From positions 30,001 through 62,000 of the forward strand of contig CAKUIA010000006.1 in assembly GCA_934660865.1 (NCBI GenBank): 32,000 nt of DNA, written 5' to 3'. This DNA comes from an uncultured Opitutales bacterium (GTDB lineage: Bacteria > Verrucomicrobiota > Verrucomicrobiia > Opitutales > Intestinicryptomonadaceae). Positions within the stretch are counted from its first letter, which is position 1; every line of letters begins with the position of its first letter. Below are positions 9,409 to 17,512 of the stretch, piece after piece. Position numbers and translations under genes: made by a program. Below the pieces are notes generated by a model. That model was not told where the DNA came from. It did no database searches and saw only the letters and a program-made list of their open reading frames with translations.

Positions 9409-10878
9409 ATGAACGATAGCCTTAAAGACAAAGTGCTTAACCTGCCCCACAAAAGCGGCGTTTATGTTATGAAAGACGCTTTCGGGCAGGCGATATACAT
9501 CGGCAAGGCAAAAGACTTAAAAAAAAGGGTTTCGCAGTATTTCCAAAAATCGCGCAGGCTGCACAGCTTTAAAATTCCGTATATGGTCGACACCGTAGAC
9601 GACTTGGAATTTTTTGAAACCAAAAACGAGCAGCAGGCGCTGATACTTGAAAGCCGCCTTATAGGCGAGTGGAAACCCCGCTATAATACCGATTTAAAGG
9701 ACAACAAAAACTTTTTGCTTTTAAGGGTCGAGTATTTTAGGGAGCTTCCCGTATTTTCGCTTTGCAGAAACCGCATAGACGACAACTGCGCCTACTTTGG
9801 CCCGTATCCGACGGCGGCGCGCATAAGAGAGGTTTTGGCCTTGCTGAAAAAAAACTTCGGGGTAATTTCGTCGGACGCAAAGCCCCGAAAAGACGCAGAC
9901 GGCCTTTATACACTGTACGACGACGCCCGCGCCGAAATCTACGGCGAAAACAAAAAAATATCGGCGCAGGAATATATGCAAAGGGTAGACAAAGCCGTGG
10001 AGTTTTTAAAGGGCGACTCGCTTGAACTGCTTGACACCTTTGAGGAAAAAATGCAAAAGGCCTCGGAAAGCCTTAAGTTTGAGGAGGCGGCAAAATACAG
10101 GGATTTAATCGGGGCTGTAAAGGAAACTTTAAAGCTAAACCGTATGCGAAATTCGGCCGCCGACCTTTCGCGGAGCCCGAAAAAAGTGGCGCAGGAAGCC
10201 ATTGCGCGGCTAACCGAATGTTTGGGGGCAAAAGAGCCGATTTTAACGATGGAATGTTTCGATATTTCGCACATTTCGGGCAGCTTTTGCGTGGCCTCTA
10301 TGGTAAGGTTCGAAAACGGGCTGCCGTGCAAGGCAAAATACAGGCATTTTAAGATAAAAAGCTTTGTCGGCAACGACGACTTTAGGGCTATGAACGAAGT
10401 GGTAAAACGCCGCTACCTTAGGGTAGACACCCCGCCCGACTTGCTTGTTATAGACGGCGGCCAGGGGCAGCTGTCGGCAACGAACAAGGTTTTTGAAGAG
10501 GTGCAAAACCGCCCGAAAATGATAGTCGGCCTTGCCAAGCGCGAGGAAACCATTGTTTTGGCAACCGACTTTTCGGAAATAAAACTTCCAAAAAGCGACG
10601 AAGCCTTAAAACTTATGCAGAGAATACGCGACGAAGCGCACCGCTTTGCAAACTCGTTTAACGCCTTTTTAAGGGCAAAAAAAATAAGGGAAAGCGTGTT
10701 GGACGATTTCGGAATGGGCGAAAAGCGAAAGATTGAGCTTTTAAAAAAATTCGGCTCTATAAACGAACTTAAAAAAGCCACGCCCCAAAGCATTGCCGAA
10801 ATAAGGGGCATTAGCCTTGGCTATGCCGAAAAACTTTTAAAATTTTTAAACGGGCAGACAAATGCGCATAAAAGTTAA
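9409..10878 (+). CDS. uvrC: Excinuclease ABC subunit C (UvrC)
   Basis: Has a GIY-YIG N-domain (GVYVMKD...IYIGKAKDLKKRV), a UVR motif (FEEAAKYRDLIGAV), an endonuclease domain (ECFDISHISG) and a C-terminal HhH region. At 489 aa it is shorter than typical UvrC, but all domains appear to be present. Confidence 0.88.
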   Translation: MNDSLKDKVLNLPHKSGVYVMKDAFGQAIYIGKAKDLKKRVSQYFQKSRRLHSFKIPYMVDTVDDLEFFETKNEQQALILESRLIGEWKPRYNTDLKDNKNFLLLRVEYFRELPVFSLCRNRIDDNCAYFGPYPTAARIREVLALLKKNFGVISSDAKPRKDADGLYTLYDDARAEIYGENKKISAQEYMQRVDKAVEFLKGDSLELLDTFEEKMQKASESLKFEEAAKYRDLIGAVKETLKLNRMRNSAADLSRSPKKVAQEAIARLTECLGAKEPILTMECFDISHISGSFCVASMVRFENGLPCKAKYRHFKIKSFVGNDDFRAMNEVVKRRYLRVDTPPDLLVIDGGQGQLSATNKVFEEVQNRPKMIVGLAKREETIVLATDFSEIKLPKSDEALKLMQRIRDEAHRFANSFNAFLRAKKIRESVLDDFGMGEKRKIELLKKFGSINELKKATPQSIAEIRGISLGYAEKLLKFLNGQTNAHKS

Positions 10879-11734
10879 AATAATAAGCGGCCCAACCTGC
10901 TCTGGCAAAAGCGCAAGGGCCATAGAATACGCACTGCAAAACAACGCCGAAATCATTTCGTGCGACTCGGTTCAGGTGTATAAATATATGGACATAGGGT
11001 CGGCAAAGCTTAAGGCAAGCGAAATGCGCGGCATTAGGCACCACCTTATAGACGTGTGCAGCCCAAGCGAAATGTTCGACATTTCGAAATATGTGCAATA
11101 TTCAAAAAATGCGGTTGCCGAGATTTTGGCAAAGGGCAAAAACATTGTAGTTGCAGGCGGCAGTCCCTTTTATTTAAAGGCGTGGTTTTGCGCCGTTACC
11201 GACAGCATACAAGTGCCCGGCGAAATAAGGCAAAAGGTAAGGAATATCGAACTTTCGGGAGGGGCCGACGCCTTAAAAGACGAGCTTTTAAAACTCGACA
11301 ATGCTGCGGCAAACTTTGTGGACATAAAAAACCCGCGCAGAACCGCAAGAGCCATGGAAAGAATTTTGGCAAGCGGCAAAAAACTTGCCGACATTGTAGC
11401 CGAATTTAAGGCAAGCCCCTGCCCTTTCGGCGACATTGAAAGAGACGTTGAAATTCTGGATTTCGACAACGAAACGATGGAAAAACGCATTGCAAAAAGG
11501 ACAAAAACAATGCTGGAAAACGGGCTTTTGGAAGAATGCGAAAAACTGCTTGGCCTGGGTGTAAAAAACAACCCGTCGGCCATGGGGGCAATAGGCTATA
11601 AAGAGTGTTTTGCCGCAATGGAAAGCGGCAATGCAGATACCAACGCCCTGTTTTGCGAAATTTCCAAAAATACCCTTAAACTTGTAAAAAAGCAGAGAAA
11701 ATTTTTAAGGGGCATTTTGCGCCAAAACTTTTAA
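10862..11734 (+). CDS. miaA: tRNA dimethylallyltransferase MiaA
   Basis: P-loop IISGPTCSGKS, plus DSVQVYKYMDIGSAK and HHLID motifs. It overlaps uvrC by 17 nt. Confidence 0.9.
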   Translation: MRIKVKIISGPTCSGKSARAIEYALQNNAEIISCDSVQVYKYMDIGSAKLKASEMRGIRHHLIDVCSPSEMFDISKYVQYSKNAVAEILAKGKNIVVAGGSPFYLKAWFCAVTDSIQVPGEIRQKVRNIELSGGADALKDELLKLDNAAANFVDIKNPRRTARAMERILASGKKLADIVAEFKASPCPFGDIERDVEILDFDNETMEKRIAKRTKTMLENGLLEECEKLLGLGVKNNPSAMGAIGYKECFAAMESGNADTNALFCEISKNTLKLVKKQRKFLRGILRQNF

Positions 11735-11751
11735 GCGCAATAAACACGCGC

Positions 11752-11780
11752 AAAAAACGCGCCACACACACCGCGTTTTT
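11752..11780. terminator. Bidirectional rho-independent terminator between convergent miaA and the parB operon
   Basis: AAAAACGCG (11753-11761) pairs with CGCGTTTTT (11772-11780) around the loop CCACACACAC. The A-run and T-run flanks allow function on both strands. Confidence 0.65.
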
Positions 11781-11784
11781 GCGG

Positions 11785-12708
11785 CTACTTTTTTACCTGA
11801 ACCTTAATTACGGTTCTTCCGCCCTGCATTTCCTTGGGCACGCCGAGGCTGTTGAATTTAAAGTCGGTTTCCATTTCCTTCGACTGGCCCCTGCGCAATG
11901 TAATGGAAGCGTCGCTGCCGTACACATTGCCGCCGCCCGTGTTGCTTTGTTGAACGGGCAGTTTTTCCAGCTTGGGCAAATCGGTTGTTTTAGGGCGCAC
12001 GGGCGTTTTGGGCGCTTCGATAAAATTGCCGTCTTCGTCTATGGGTTTCGAGGACATAGCCCTCGGCAGCGCGATTTTTAGCCTGTCGCGCTTTATATGG
12101 GTGCCGGAAATATCGAACAAATCCAAAATGCTTTCGTCTTTTTGGTTAAGGTCTGCACCCGCCTTTTTTATGGCTATGCCCGACTCGTCGTCGGTCGGCT
12201 TGCGCGAATAATATTTGTTTATGTCCGACATAGACCTTTCTATATGGTCGTTATAGTCGGCGCGTATTTTGTTGTGGAAGCGGCTGCGCTTTTCGGTGTC
12301 GAACGAGCCTTCGTATTTTTTCGACATATTGTAGTCGGCATTGTCCATAACAAAATCTTCGGGCACACCGTTGTAGCGCGAAGTTTGCGAATATTGCGAA
12401 AATTCGGGAACCGAATATTTTTTGTCGGAGCCGTAAAAGCTTTCGTTCGAAAACGCCGATTTTTGACCGTTAACTGAGGCCATTTGGGAAGCCCCGCCCC
12501 AGGCTTTGTCGGCGTTTTCGTTTTTAAAGCTTTTGTAGCGCATATCCGAGCCTTGAAAGCTTTTTTTGAAGGCGTCGCTTTCCTTGCCGTCGTAGCGCTT
12601 GTTTAAGGTGGCGTTTGCGCGCGTAAAGTCGGTGGCTTTTACCTGAGCAAAAAGCCCGCCCGCCGCCGACACGGCAAATAGCGCAAAAACTGCCGCCCTA
12701 TAAAACAT
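11785..12708 (-). CDS. Exported hypothetical protein (polar, low complexity)
   Basis: Signal peptide MFYRAAVFALFAVSAAGGLFAQ. The protein is polar and rich in Lys, Asp and Ser, and I recognise no family. Its start ATG lies 1 nt after the parB stop (TAG-A-ATG). Confidence 0.6.
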   Translation of the reverse strand: MFYRAAVFALFAVSAAGGLFAQVKATDFTRANATLNKRYDGKESDAFKKSFQGSDMRYKSFKNENADKAWGGASQMASVNGQKSAFSNESFYGSDKKYSVPEFSQYSQTSRYNGVPEDFVMDNADYNMSKKYEGSFDTEKRSRFHNKIRADYNDHIERSMSDINKYYSRKPTDDESGIAIKKAGADLNQKDESILDLFDISGTHIKRDRLKIALPRAMSSKPIDEDGNFIEAPKTPVRPKTTDLPKLEKLPVQQSNTGGGNVYGSDASITLRRGQSKEMETDFKFNSLGVPKEMQGGRTVIKVQVKK

Positions 12709-12709
12709 T

Positions 12710-13657
12710 CTAAGCTTTAATTCCGATTATGTCCAATATGCGGGCAAGATCGTCGTTGCCCATATAGTCGATTATAATTTTGCCCTTTTTCGGCGAATGC
12801 TTTATTTCGACATTGGCGTTAAGCTTTTCCCTTATCCTGTTCTCCAAGTCGCGCAAAACCGCGCTTTGCCTTGTAGAAGAGCCCACCTTTGCGTCGGGCG
12901 AAGATGTTTTTGCGCTTTTTATTTTAGCCACGGCAATTTCGGTTGCCCTGACGTTCATATCGGTTTCTACAATGCGGCGCGCAAGAGCCGCCTGCTGGGC
13001 TTTGTCGTCTAACCCAAGCAGCACCTTTGCGTTGCCGACCGACAATCTTCCCGCCGACACCAAATTTTGAACCTCTTTCGGCAGCGTAAGCAGCCTTAGC
13101 GAATTTGCAACGGCCGAGCGCGATTTGCCTATCCTGCGCGAAAGCATATCCTGGGTAAGCTTAAAGTTTGCCATAAGGTTGGCAAAGCCCAGGGCCTCTT
13201 CCATGGGGTTTAAGTCGCTTCTTTGCAGATTTTCTATAAGCCCCTTAACCGCCGACGACGCGTCGGAAGCCGTCTGCACATTCGCCATAATGCGCTTTAA
13301 GCCAAGTTGCCTGCACGCCCTCCAGCGCCTTTCGCCCGCAATAAGCTCGAAATTTCCGTCGGCAAGCTTTCTTACAACAATAGGCTGCATTAGGCCTTCC
13401 GAAGCAATGCTTTCGGCAAGCTCGTTTACCTCTTCGGGCAAAAATTCCCTTCTCGCCTGAAAGGGGCTTGGCACTATTTTGTCTATCAAAATTTCGCTGT
13501 ATAAATTCTGCGCCGAAAACTGCGATGTCGGCGCGTTTGCAGTCTGCTTTTCGGGGGCGGCCGCCTGCGTTTTTGCCTGCGGCTTTACAACCGCCTTGCC
13601 GCCGCCTGCTATTATCGACGAAAGCCCCCTGCCCAACGATTTTCTTTCCTTAGCCAT
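12710..13657 (-). CDS. parB: Chromosome partitioning protein ParB/Spo0J
   Basis: N-terminal KSLGRGLSSII, the arginine patch ELIAGERRWRA, an HTH region (QDMLSRRIGKSRSAVANSLRLL) and a C-terminal dimerisation region. The start is chosen at MAKERK..., with an AGGAG 10 nt upstream. The ORF is open to 13687. Confidence 0.9.
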   Translation of the reverse strand: MAKERKSLGRGLSSIIAGGGKAVVKPQAKTQAAAPEKQTANAPTSQFSAQNLYSEILIDKIVPSPFQARREFLPEEVNELAESIASEGLMQPIVVRKLADGNFELIAGERRWRACRQLGLKRIMANVQTASDASSAVKGLIENLQRSDLNPMEEALGFANLMANFKLTQDMLSRRIGKSRSAVANSLRLLTLPKEVQNLVSAGRLSVGNAKVLLGLDDKAQQAALARRIVETDMNVRATEIAVAKIKSAKTSSPDAKVGSSTRQSAVLRDLENRIREKLNANVEIKHSPKKGKIIIDYMGNDDLARILDIIGIKA

Positions 13658-13670
13658 ATAAAACCTGCTC

Positions 13671-14240
13671 CTATTCCTGCGGGACAAACAATTTTTGCCC
13701 GACTTTCAAAGACGTGGGGTCCGAAATATGGTTTGCGTCTTGTATCCAGCTGATTTTCGACTTCAATTTGCGCGCGATTTTGCTTAGGCTGTCGCCGCTT
13801 TGGACAACGTAGGGAACGCCCGTTTGCGGATATTCGTTCGAAAACGTCCTTTGCGGTTCGGCCTTGGGTTTTTCGTTTACGGCGCCCGCCAACTTTGCCA
13901 TTGCGCTGTTTGTCTGCGAAGCCATAGAATCCAAATCCTTCTTTACTTCCGAAATTATCTCGCGCTTTAACGCCACCATTTTCGCGTCTACCGAAGTTTG
14001 CAGAGAGGCCGACTGCGCCTTTACCGCGTCGCTGGAAACCGAAGAGTTTTCGGCCGCCCTTATGCGCGAGGCCAATGTTTCGTTTTCGCGCCTTAACTGT
14101 TCAACCTCAAGCCTAAGCTGGCCCACCTCGCGGCGCATAAGGGCAACGTCTTGGGTAAGGTCGGCCAATGTGGAAGTTTGGGCGTTCAAAGGCAGCGCCG
14201 TTGCAAAAACGGCCGCCGAAAATAAAAATTGTCTAATCAT
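13671..14240 (-). CDS. Exported coiled-coil protein with C-terminal LysM domain
   Basis: The internal start MIRQFLFSAAVFATALPLNAQ is a signal peptide. A heptad-rich segment (REVGQLRLEVEQLRRENETL) follows. The C-terminal YVVQSGDSLSKIARK...VGQKLFVP is a LysM peptidoglycan-binding motif. The longer version in the track (to 14357) adds an implausible Cys/Phe-rich leader. Confidence 0.75.
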   Translation of the reverse strand: MIRQFLFSAAVFATALPLNAQTSTLADLTQDVALMRREVGQLRLEVEQLRRENETLASRIRAAENSSVSSDAVKAQSASLQTSVDAKMVALKREIISEVKKDLDSMASQTNSAMAKLAGAVNEKPKAEPQRTFSNEYPQTGVPYVVQSGDSLSKIARKLKSKISWIQDANHISDPTSLKVGQKLFVPQE

Positions 14241-14386
14241 AACTGCTATAAAGTTAAGGCAGCGCACGCATATTTCAACGCTAAAAAGCGCCGTTTTACT
14301 ACATTTTGCGCAAAAAGCCGCCCAAAAAATAAAAATTCGGCAAAAATTTACTTTCAATCGGCCGTTTTTTTCGGAAAATATGCCGC

Positions 14387-15533
14387 ATGATTATAGATTC
14401 GCAGATACGCGCCGACATAGACGACATAAAAAAACGAGCCTCGCACCTGTGGAGGTTTCTTTGACGTAGACGGCAAGCAAAAACTCATTGCCGAAAAGGA
14501 GGCCGTTATGGCTTCGGACGGCTTTTGGAACGACCAAAGCGCGGCGCAAAAAACCATAAGCGAGCTAAACTCGCTAAAGGCCGCGGTTGTCCCGCAACTG
14601 GAGCTGAAGGCGAAACTCGACGACCTTCTTGTTTTGGAGGAGCTTGTAAAAGAGTCGGAAAACGACCCCTCTTTGGCGCAGGAATTGGCAGACGAATGTG
14701 GCGCTTTGTATAAATTTTTGGACGAGGCGGAAATAAAGTCGTTTTTGTCGGGGCCTTTGGACGCGAACAACGCAATTATTACCATACACGCCGGCGCGGG
14801 CGGCACCGAAAGCTGCGACTGGTGCGAAATGCTTTTTAGAATGTATAGCCGCTGGGTTGAAAAACGCGGTTGGAAAATGGAAATAGACGACCTGCAGGCG
14901 GGCGAAGAGGCGGGTTTTTCGAAAATTACGGCAAGGATTATAGGCGACCATGCCTACGGCTACTGCAAGTCGGAGCGCGGCGTGCACAGGCTTGTAAGGA
15001 TAAGCCCGTTCGACTCGAACAAGCGCAGGCACACATCGTTTTGTTCGGTAGACGTTATCGCCGAAATTCAGGACGACCTTTTGGATTTCCAAATTCCCGA
15101 CGAGGATTTGAGGATAGACACCTACCGCTCGAGCGGCAAGGGCGGCCAGCATGTAAACAAAACCGAAAGCGCCGTAAGGATAACGCACATACCCAGCGGC
15201 ATTGTAGTTTCGTGCCAAAACGAGCGAAGCCAAATAAAGAACAAGGCCACGGCAATGAAAGAGCTTAAAAGCCGCCTGTACGAGCGCATGCAGGACGAAA
15301 AGCGCGCCGAAATGGACAAGTTTTACGGCGAAAAGGGCGAAATTTCGTGGGGCAACCAAATACGAAGCTATGTGTTCCAGCCCTACCAAATGGTAAAGGA
15401 CCTGCGCACGGGAGCGCAAACGGGCAATATGACGGCCGTTATGGACGGCGACATAGACATTTTTGTAAACGCCTTTCTTAGAGCGGGCTGCCCTACTGTG
15501 CGCAACAAAAACATTCAAATAGACGACGAATAG
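14387..15533 (+). CDS. prfB: Peptide chain release factor 2, joined by a programmed +1 frameshift (14387..14461 + 14463..15533)
   Basis: The downstream ORF has [13 protein letters not shown] (SPF) and GKGGQHVN (GGQ). The upstream 25-codon frame [25 protein letters not shown] ends at TGA 14462-14464 within the canonical CTT TGA C shift site. Confidence 0.92.
14451..14465 (+). promoter_or_regulatory. RF2 autoregulatory +1 frameshift site (SD-like GGAGG, 3-nt spacer, CTT TGA C)
   Basis: GGAGG TTT CTT TGA C is read directly from the sequence. It has the same architecture as the E. coli prfB recoding site. Confidence 0.9.
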
Positions 15534-15571
15534 AATTTACAAAATTCGGCAAATGCAAAATAATTGGCACT

Positions 15572-16237
15572 ATGAATAACCTGCAAAAGAATTTTATCAT
15601 AGCAATGTGTCTTATAGCCTTTGTCTGCTGCATATTTGCGGTAAAATATGCAAGGCAAAAAACCGAAACCATTTCGCTTGCCGAACGGGTGGAAAACCAG
15701 GAAAGTTTGGCCAAAATGCAGCAGCTTAAAGCGCAGCAGCTAAAGGACGTTGCAGAGCGCGCCAGAATCAAGGCGCTAAACGACCTTAAAAAAGCCGAAC
15801 AAGCCCGCAAAATGCTTGAAAAGACAAAGGCTCAAAGCGAAAAAAACCAGCAAAAACTTTTGGCCGATCTAAACGCCCAGCTCGAAAGGGAGGCCAACGC
15901 CCGAAGCTCGGCCGAAAGCGCATCGATAGAGCTTGCGCGCCAAAAAGAGGCTCTGCAAAAGGCGGTAGGCGAAGCCCGACAAACCATTGCAAAGCTGCAA
16001 CAAAGCACTTCGGGCAAAAACAACACCGACAAGCTGTTGGATTTCTACAAAAACCTTATACGCGAAAAAGACGCCGAAATTGCCGATTTAAGGCAAAAAC
16101 AGCTGGAGCTGGACCAATTAAAGAAAAACGCCGAAGCCGCGCAAATTTCCACCGAAAAGGAAATCTTAAGCAAGGGCGGCACCATTACGCTGCCTAAAAG
16201 CCGCAGGCTGCTTTCGCCCAATTTTAGGGGAATGTAG
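15572..16237 (+). CDS. Membrane-anchored coiled-coil protein (hypothetical)
   Basis: An N-terminal TM helix (FIIAMCLIAFVCCIFAV) is followed by about 190 aa of Gln/Lys/Ala/Glu-rich heptad-like sequence. I recognise no family. Confidence 0.6.
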   Translation: MNNLQKNFIIAMCLIAFVCCIFAVKYARQKTETISLAERVENQESLAKMQQLKAQQLKDVAERARIKALNDLKKAEQARKMLEKTKAQSEKNQQKLLADLNAQLEREANARSSAESASIELARQKEALQKAVGEARQTIAKLQQSTSGKNNTDKLLDFYKNLIREKDAEIADLRQKQLELDQLKKNAEAAQISTEKEILSKGGTITLPKSRRLLSPNFRGM

Positions 16238-16256
16238 GGCAGATATCCTTACCCGC

Positions 16257-16303
16257 AAAAAAGGAACGCCCGCTCGGAATAAACACCAAGCGGGCGCGTT
16301 TTT
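16257..16303. terminator. Rho-independent terminator between convergent genes
   Basis: CGCCCGCT (16267-16274) pairs with AGCGGGCG (16289-16296) around a 14-nt loop. A T-run follows on the plus strand, and an A-run upstream gives a T-run on the minus strand. Confidence 0.6.
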
Positions 16304-16329
16304 ATATACAACCTTAGATAGGAAATTTA

Positions 16330-16764
16330 CTACAAAGCCGCCAGCATTTTCAGCTCGTTTTCAAGCAAAGTTGCGCTTAGGTTGTCTATCTCGTTGCCCA
16401 GTTTTTCTATGGAACGGTTGTTGCGGTTATACTCAAGCTCGCAAACAACGCTGTTTTGCATTGCGTTTACCAATTCGGCGTCGCTGGGCAAAGGCTCAAA
16501 AGCGTAGTTTGCATAGCCGAAATACAAAGCCAAAGCAGCAGCCGCCGAAAGAACGGTGCCCCAAAAGCGCCTTATCTTTGCCCTTTTGCCCTTTTCGCGC
16601 CCGATTTTATCAAAAAGACTGTCGGTAAAAGAATCGCTTAAGGCTATTTTTTGCGCCGCAAAAAATCCGTCTATTTTTGCGTCTATAAGCGCCTTTTGCG
16701 CAAAATCGTCGTTTAGGGCGATTTTGTTTTTCGCAAAAAGTTCGTCTATCTTACTGTCATTCAT
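16330..16764 (-). CDS. Putative single-pass anti-sigma factor
   Basis: It overlaps the upstream ECF sigma gene by 8 nt. It has a central TM helix (FWGTVLSAAAALALYFGYA). The cytoplasmic N-part contains a duplicated KIAL(N/S)D(D/S)F...(I/L)xDKI-type motif common in anti-sigma N-termini. No zinc HxxxCxxC motif is present. Confidence 0.5.
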   Translation of the reverse strand: MNDSKIDELFAKNKIALNDDFAQKALIDAKIDGFFAAQKIALSDSFTDSLFDKIGREKGKRAKIRRFWGTVLSAAAALALYFGYANYAFEPLPSDAELVNAMQNSVVCELEYNRNNRSIEKLGNEIDNLSATLLENELKMLAAL

Positions 16765-17335
16765 ATTCTTTAAACGCCTTTCTTAGAGTTTCCCTTGCCC
16801 TGTGTATCCACGTCTTTACGGCGCCCACCGAAGCCGACATAGCCTCGGCGATTTCGTCGTAGCTTAGCTGCTGCTGTTTTAGCAACAATATGGCCGTACG
16901 CTGTTTTTCGGGCATATCCTTAACGGTATTTTCAAAAAGCTCCTCAAGTTCGCTTGTCGAAGACGTGTCTTCAAACACCGCGCACGACTCCATGTCGGAG
17001 GGGTCTACCGCCTCTACGGGCTTTGCGCTTCGGTGGTTGTTTATAAGCACGCACCTTGCAATGAAAAACAGATATGTGGAAAACTTCGCCTTTACCCTGT
17101 ACGACGCCCTTGCCTTGTATAAATTTATAAAGGTTTGCTGGGTTAGGTCTTCCGACAAAAATGCGTCGCCTGTAGAGCGGAAAAAGTAGTTTATTATCGG
17201 GTTTTTCCACTTTTGCACCAATATGCGAAAGGCGTTGTCGTCGCCCTTCGATACCGAAAGCATTAAAACGGCGTCTGTATCGGTTGTAGTATACATGGCG
17301 TTATTGTCGGACATATCTGCCAAAATCTCGTTCAT
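16757..17335 (-). CDS. ECF-type RNA polymerase sigma-70 family factor
   Basis: Region 2 (AFRILVQKWKNPIINYFFR...EDLTQQTFINLYKA) and region 4 (MPEKQRTAILLLKQQQLSYDEIAEAMSASVGAVKTWIHRARETLRK). Confidence 0.85.
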   Translation of the reverse strand: MNEILADMSDNNAMYTTTDTDAVLMLSVSKGDDNAFRILVQKWKNPIINYFFRSTGDAFLSEDLTQQTFINLYKARASYRVKAKFSTYLFFIARCVLINNHRSAKPVEAVDPSDMESCAVFEDTSSTSELEELFENTVKDMPEKQRTAILLLKQQQLSYDEIAEAMSASVGAVKTWIHRARETLRKAFKEYE

Positions 17336-17512
17336 TTTACGAGATTAAAAAAGCCGAATGCAAAAAAGTTTCAGCCAAAAATATTTTTAAAGCCAAAATA
17401 GTTATAAAAATGCCCTCTTTTTTAAAAATTTAAAAAAAAGACTGGACTAGCAAAAAAAAACTGCTAAGTTTTACCTTTTAATTTTTATAAACATACATAG
17501 TAGGAAAACAAA

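Noticed and set aside
9409-10878. UvrC is about 100 aa shorter than typical, which raised the possibility of a truncated pseudogene.
   Set aside because: The GIY-YIG, UVR, endonuclease and HhH segments are all present in one uninterrupted frame. The shortening appears to lie in linker regions.
13658-14357. Longer versions of parB (start 13687) and the LysM gene (start 14357).
   Set aside because: The extensions encode Arg- or Cys/Phe-rich junk, and in the parB case would force an overlap with the LysM gene. The internal Mets give a proper SD for parB and a proper signal peptide for the LysM protein.
11785-14386. A search by eye for a parS site (TGTTTCACGTGAAACA) in and around parB.
   Set aside because: I found no CACGTG-centred palindrome resembling parS. 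This is a visual scan only, and a PWM scan of the whole genome is needed.
13864-14469. A 201-aa plus-strand ORF whose tail ([29 protein letters not shown]) covers the prfB 5' region.
   Set aside because: Most of it is antisense to the LysM gene. The prfB first exon is in a different frame (ATG 14387) and matches RF2 logic exactly.
14574-15518. A very long antisense ORF (314 aa) opposite prfB. Similar long antisense ORFs sit opposite infB (25354..26310, 318 aa), the GH28 gene (19040..19975 and 19605..20777), dnaJ/grpE (30281..31189) and bamA (1348..2019).
   Set aside because: In each case the opposite strand encodes a protein with unmistakable conserved motifs. The antisense translations are compositionally odd (Val/Phe/Tyr/Arg-rich, no motifs). 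They are the expected by-product of codon bias that depletes stop codons in the antisense frame.
16803-16811. A DnaA-box-like GTATCCACG (7 of 9 match to TTATCCACA), considered together with the presence of dnaB and parB as a hint of oriC.
   Set aside because: It is a single degenerate copy inside the ECF sigma coding sequence. There is no cluster of boxes and no AT-rich unwinding element next to dnaA or dnaN, and neither gene is in the window.
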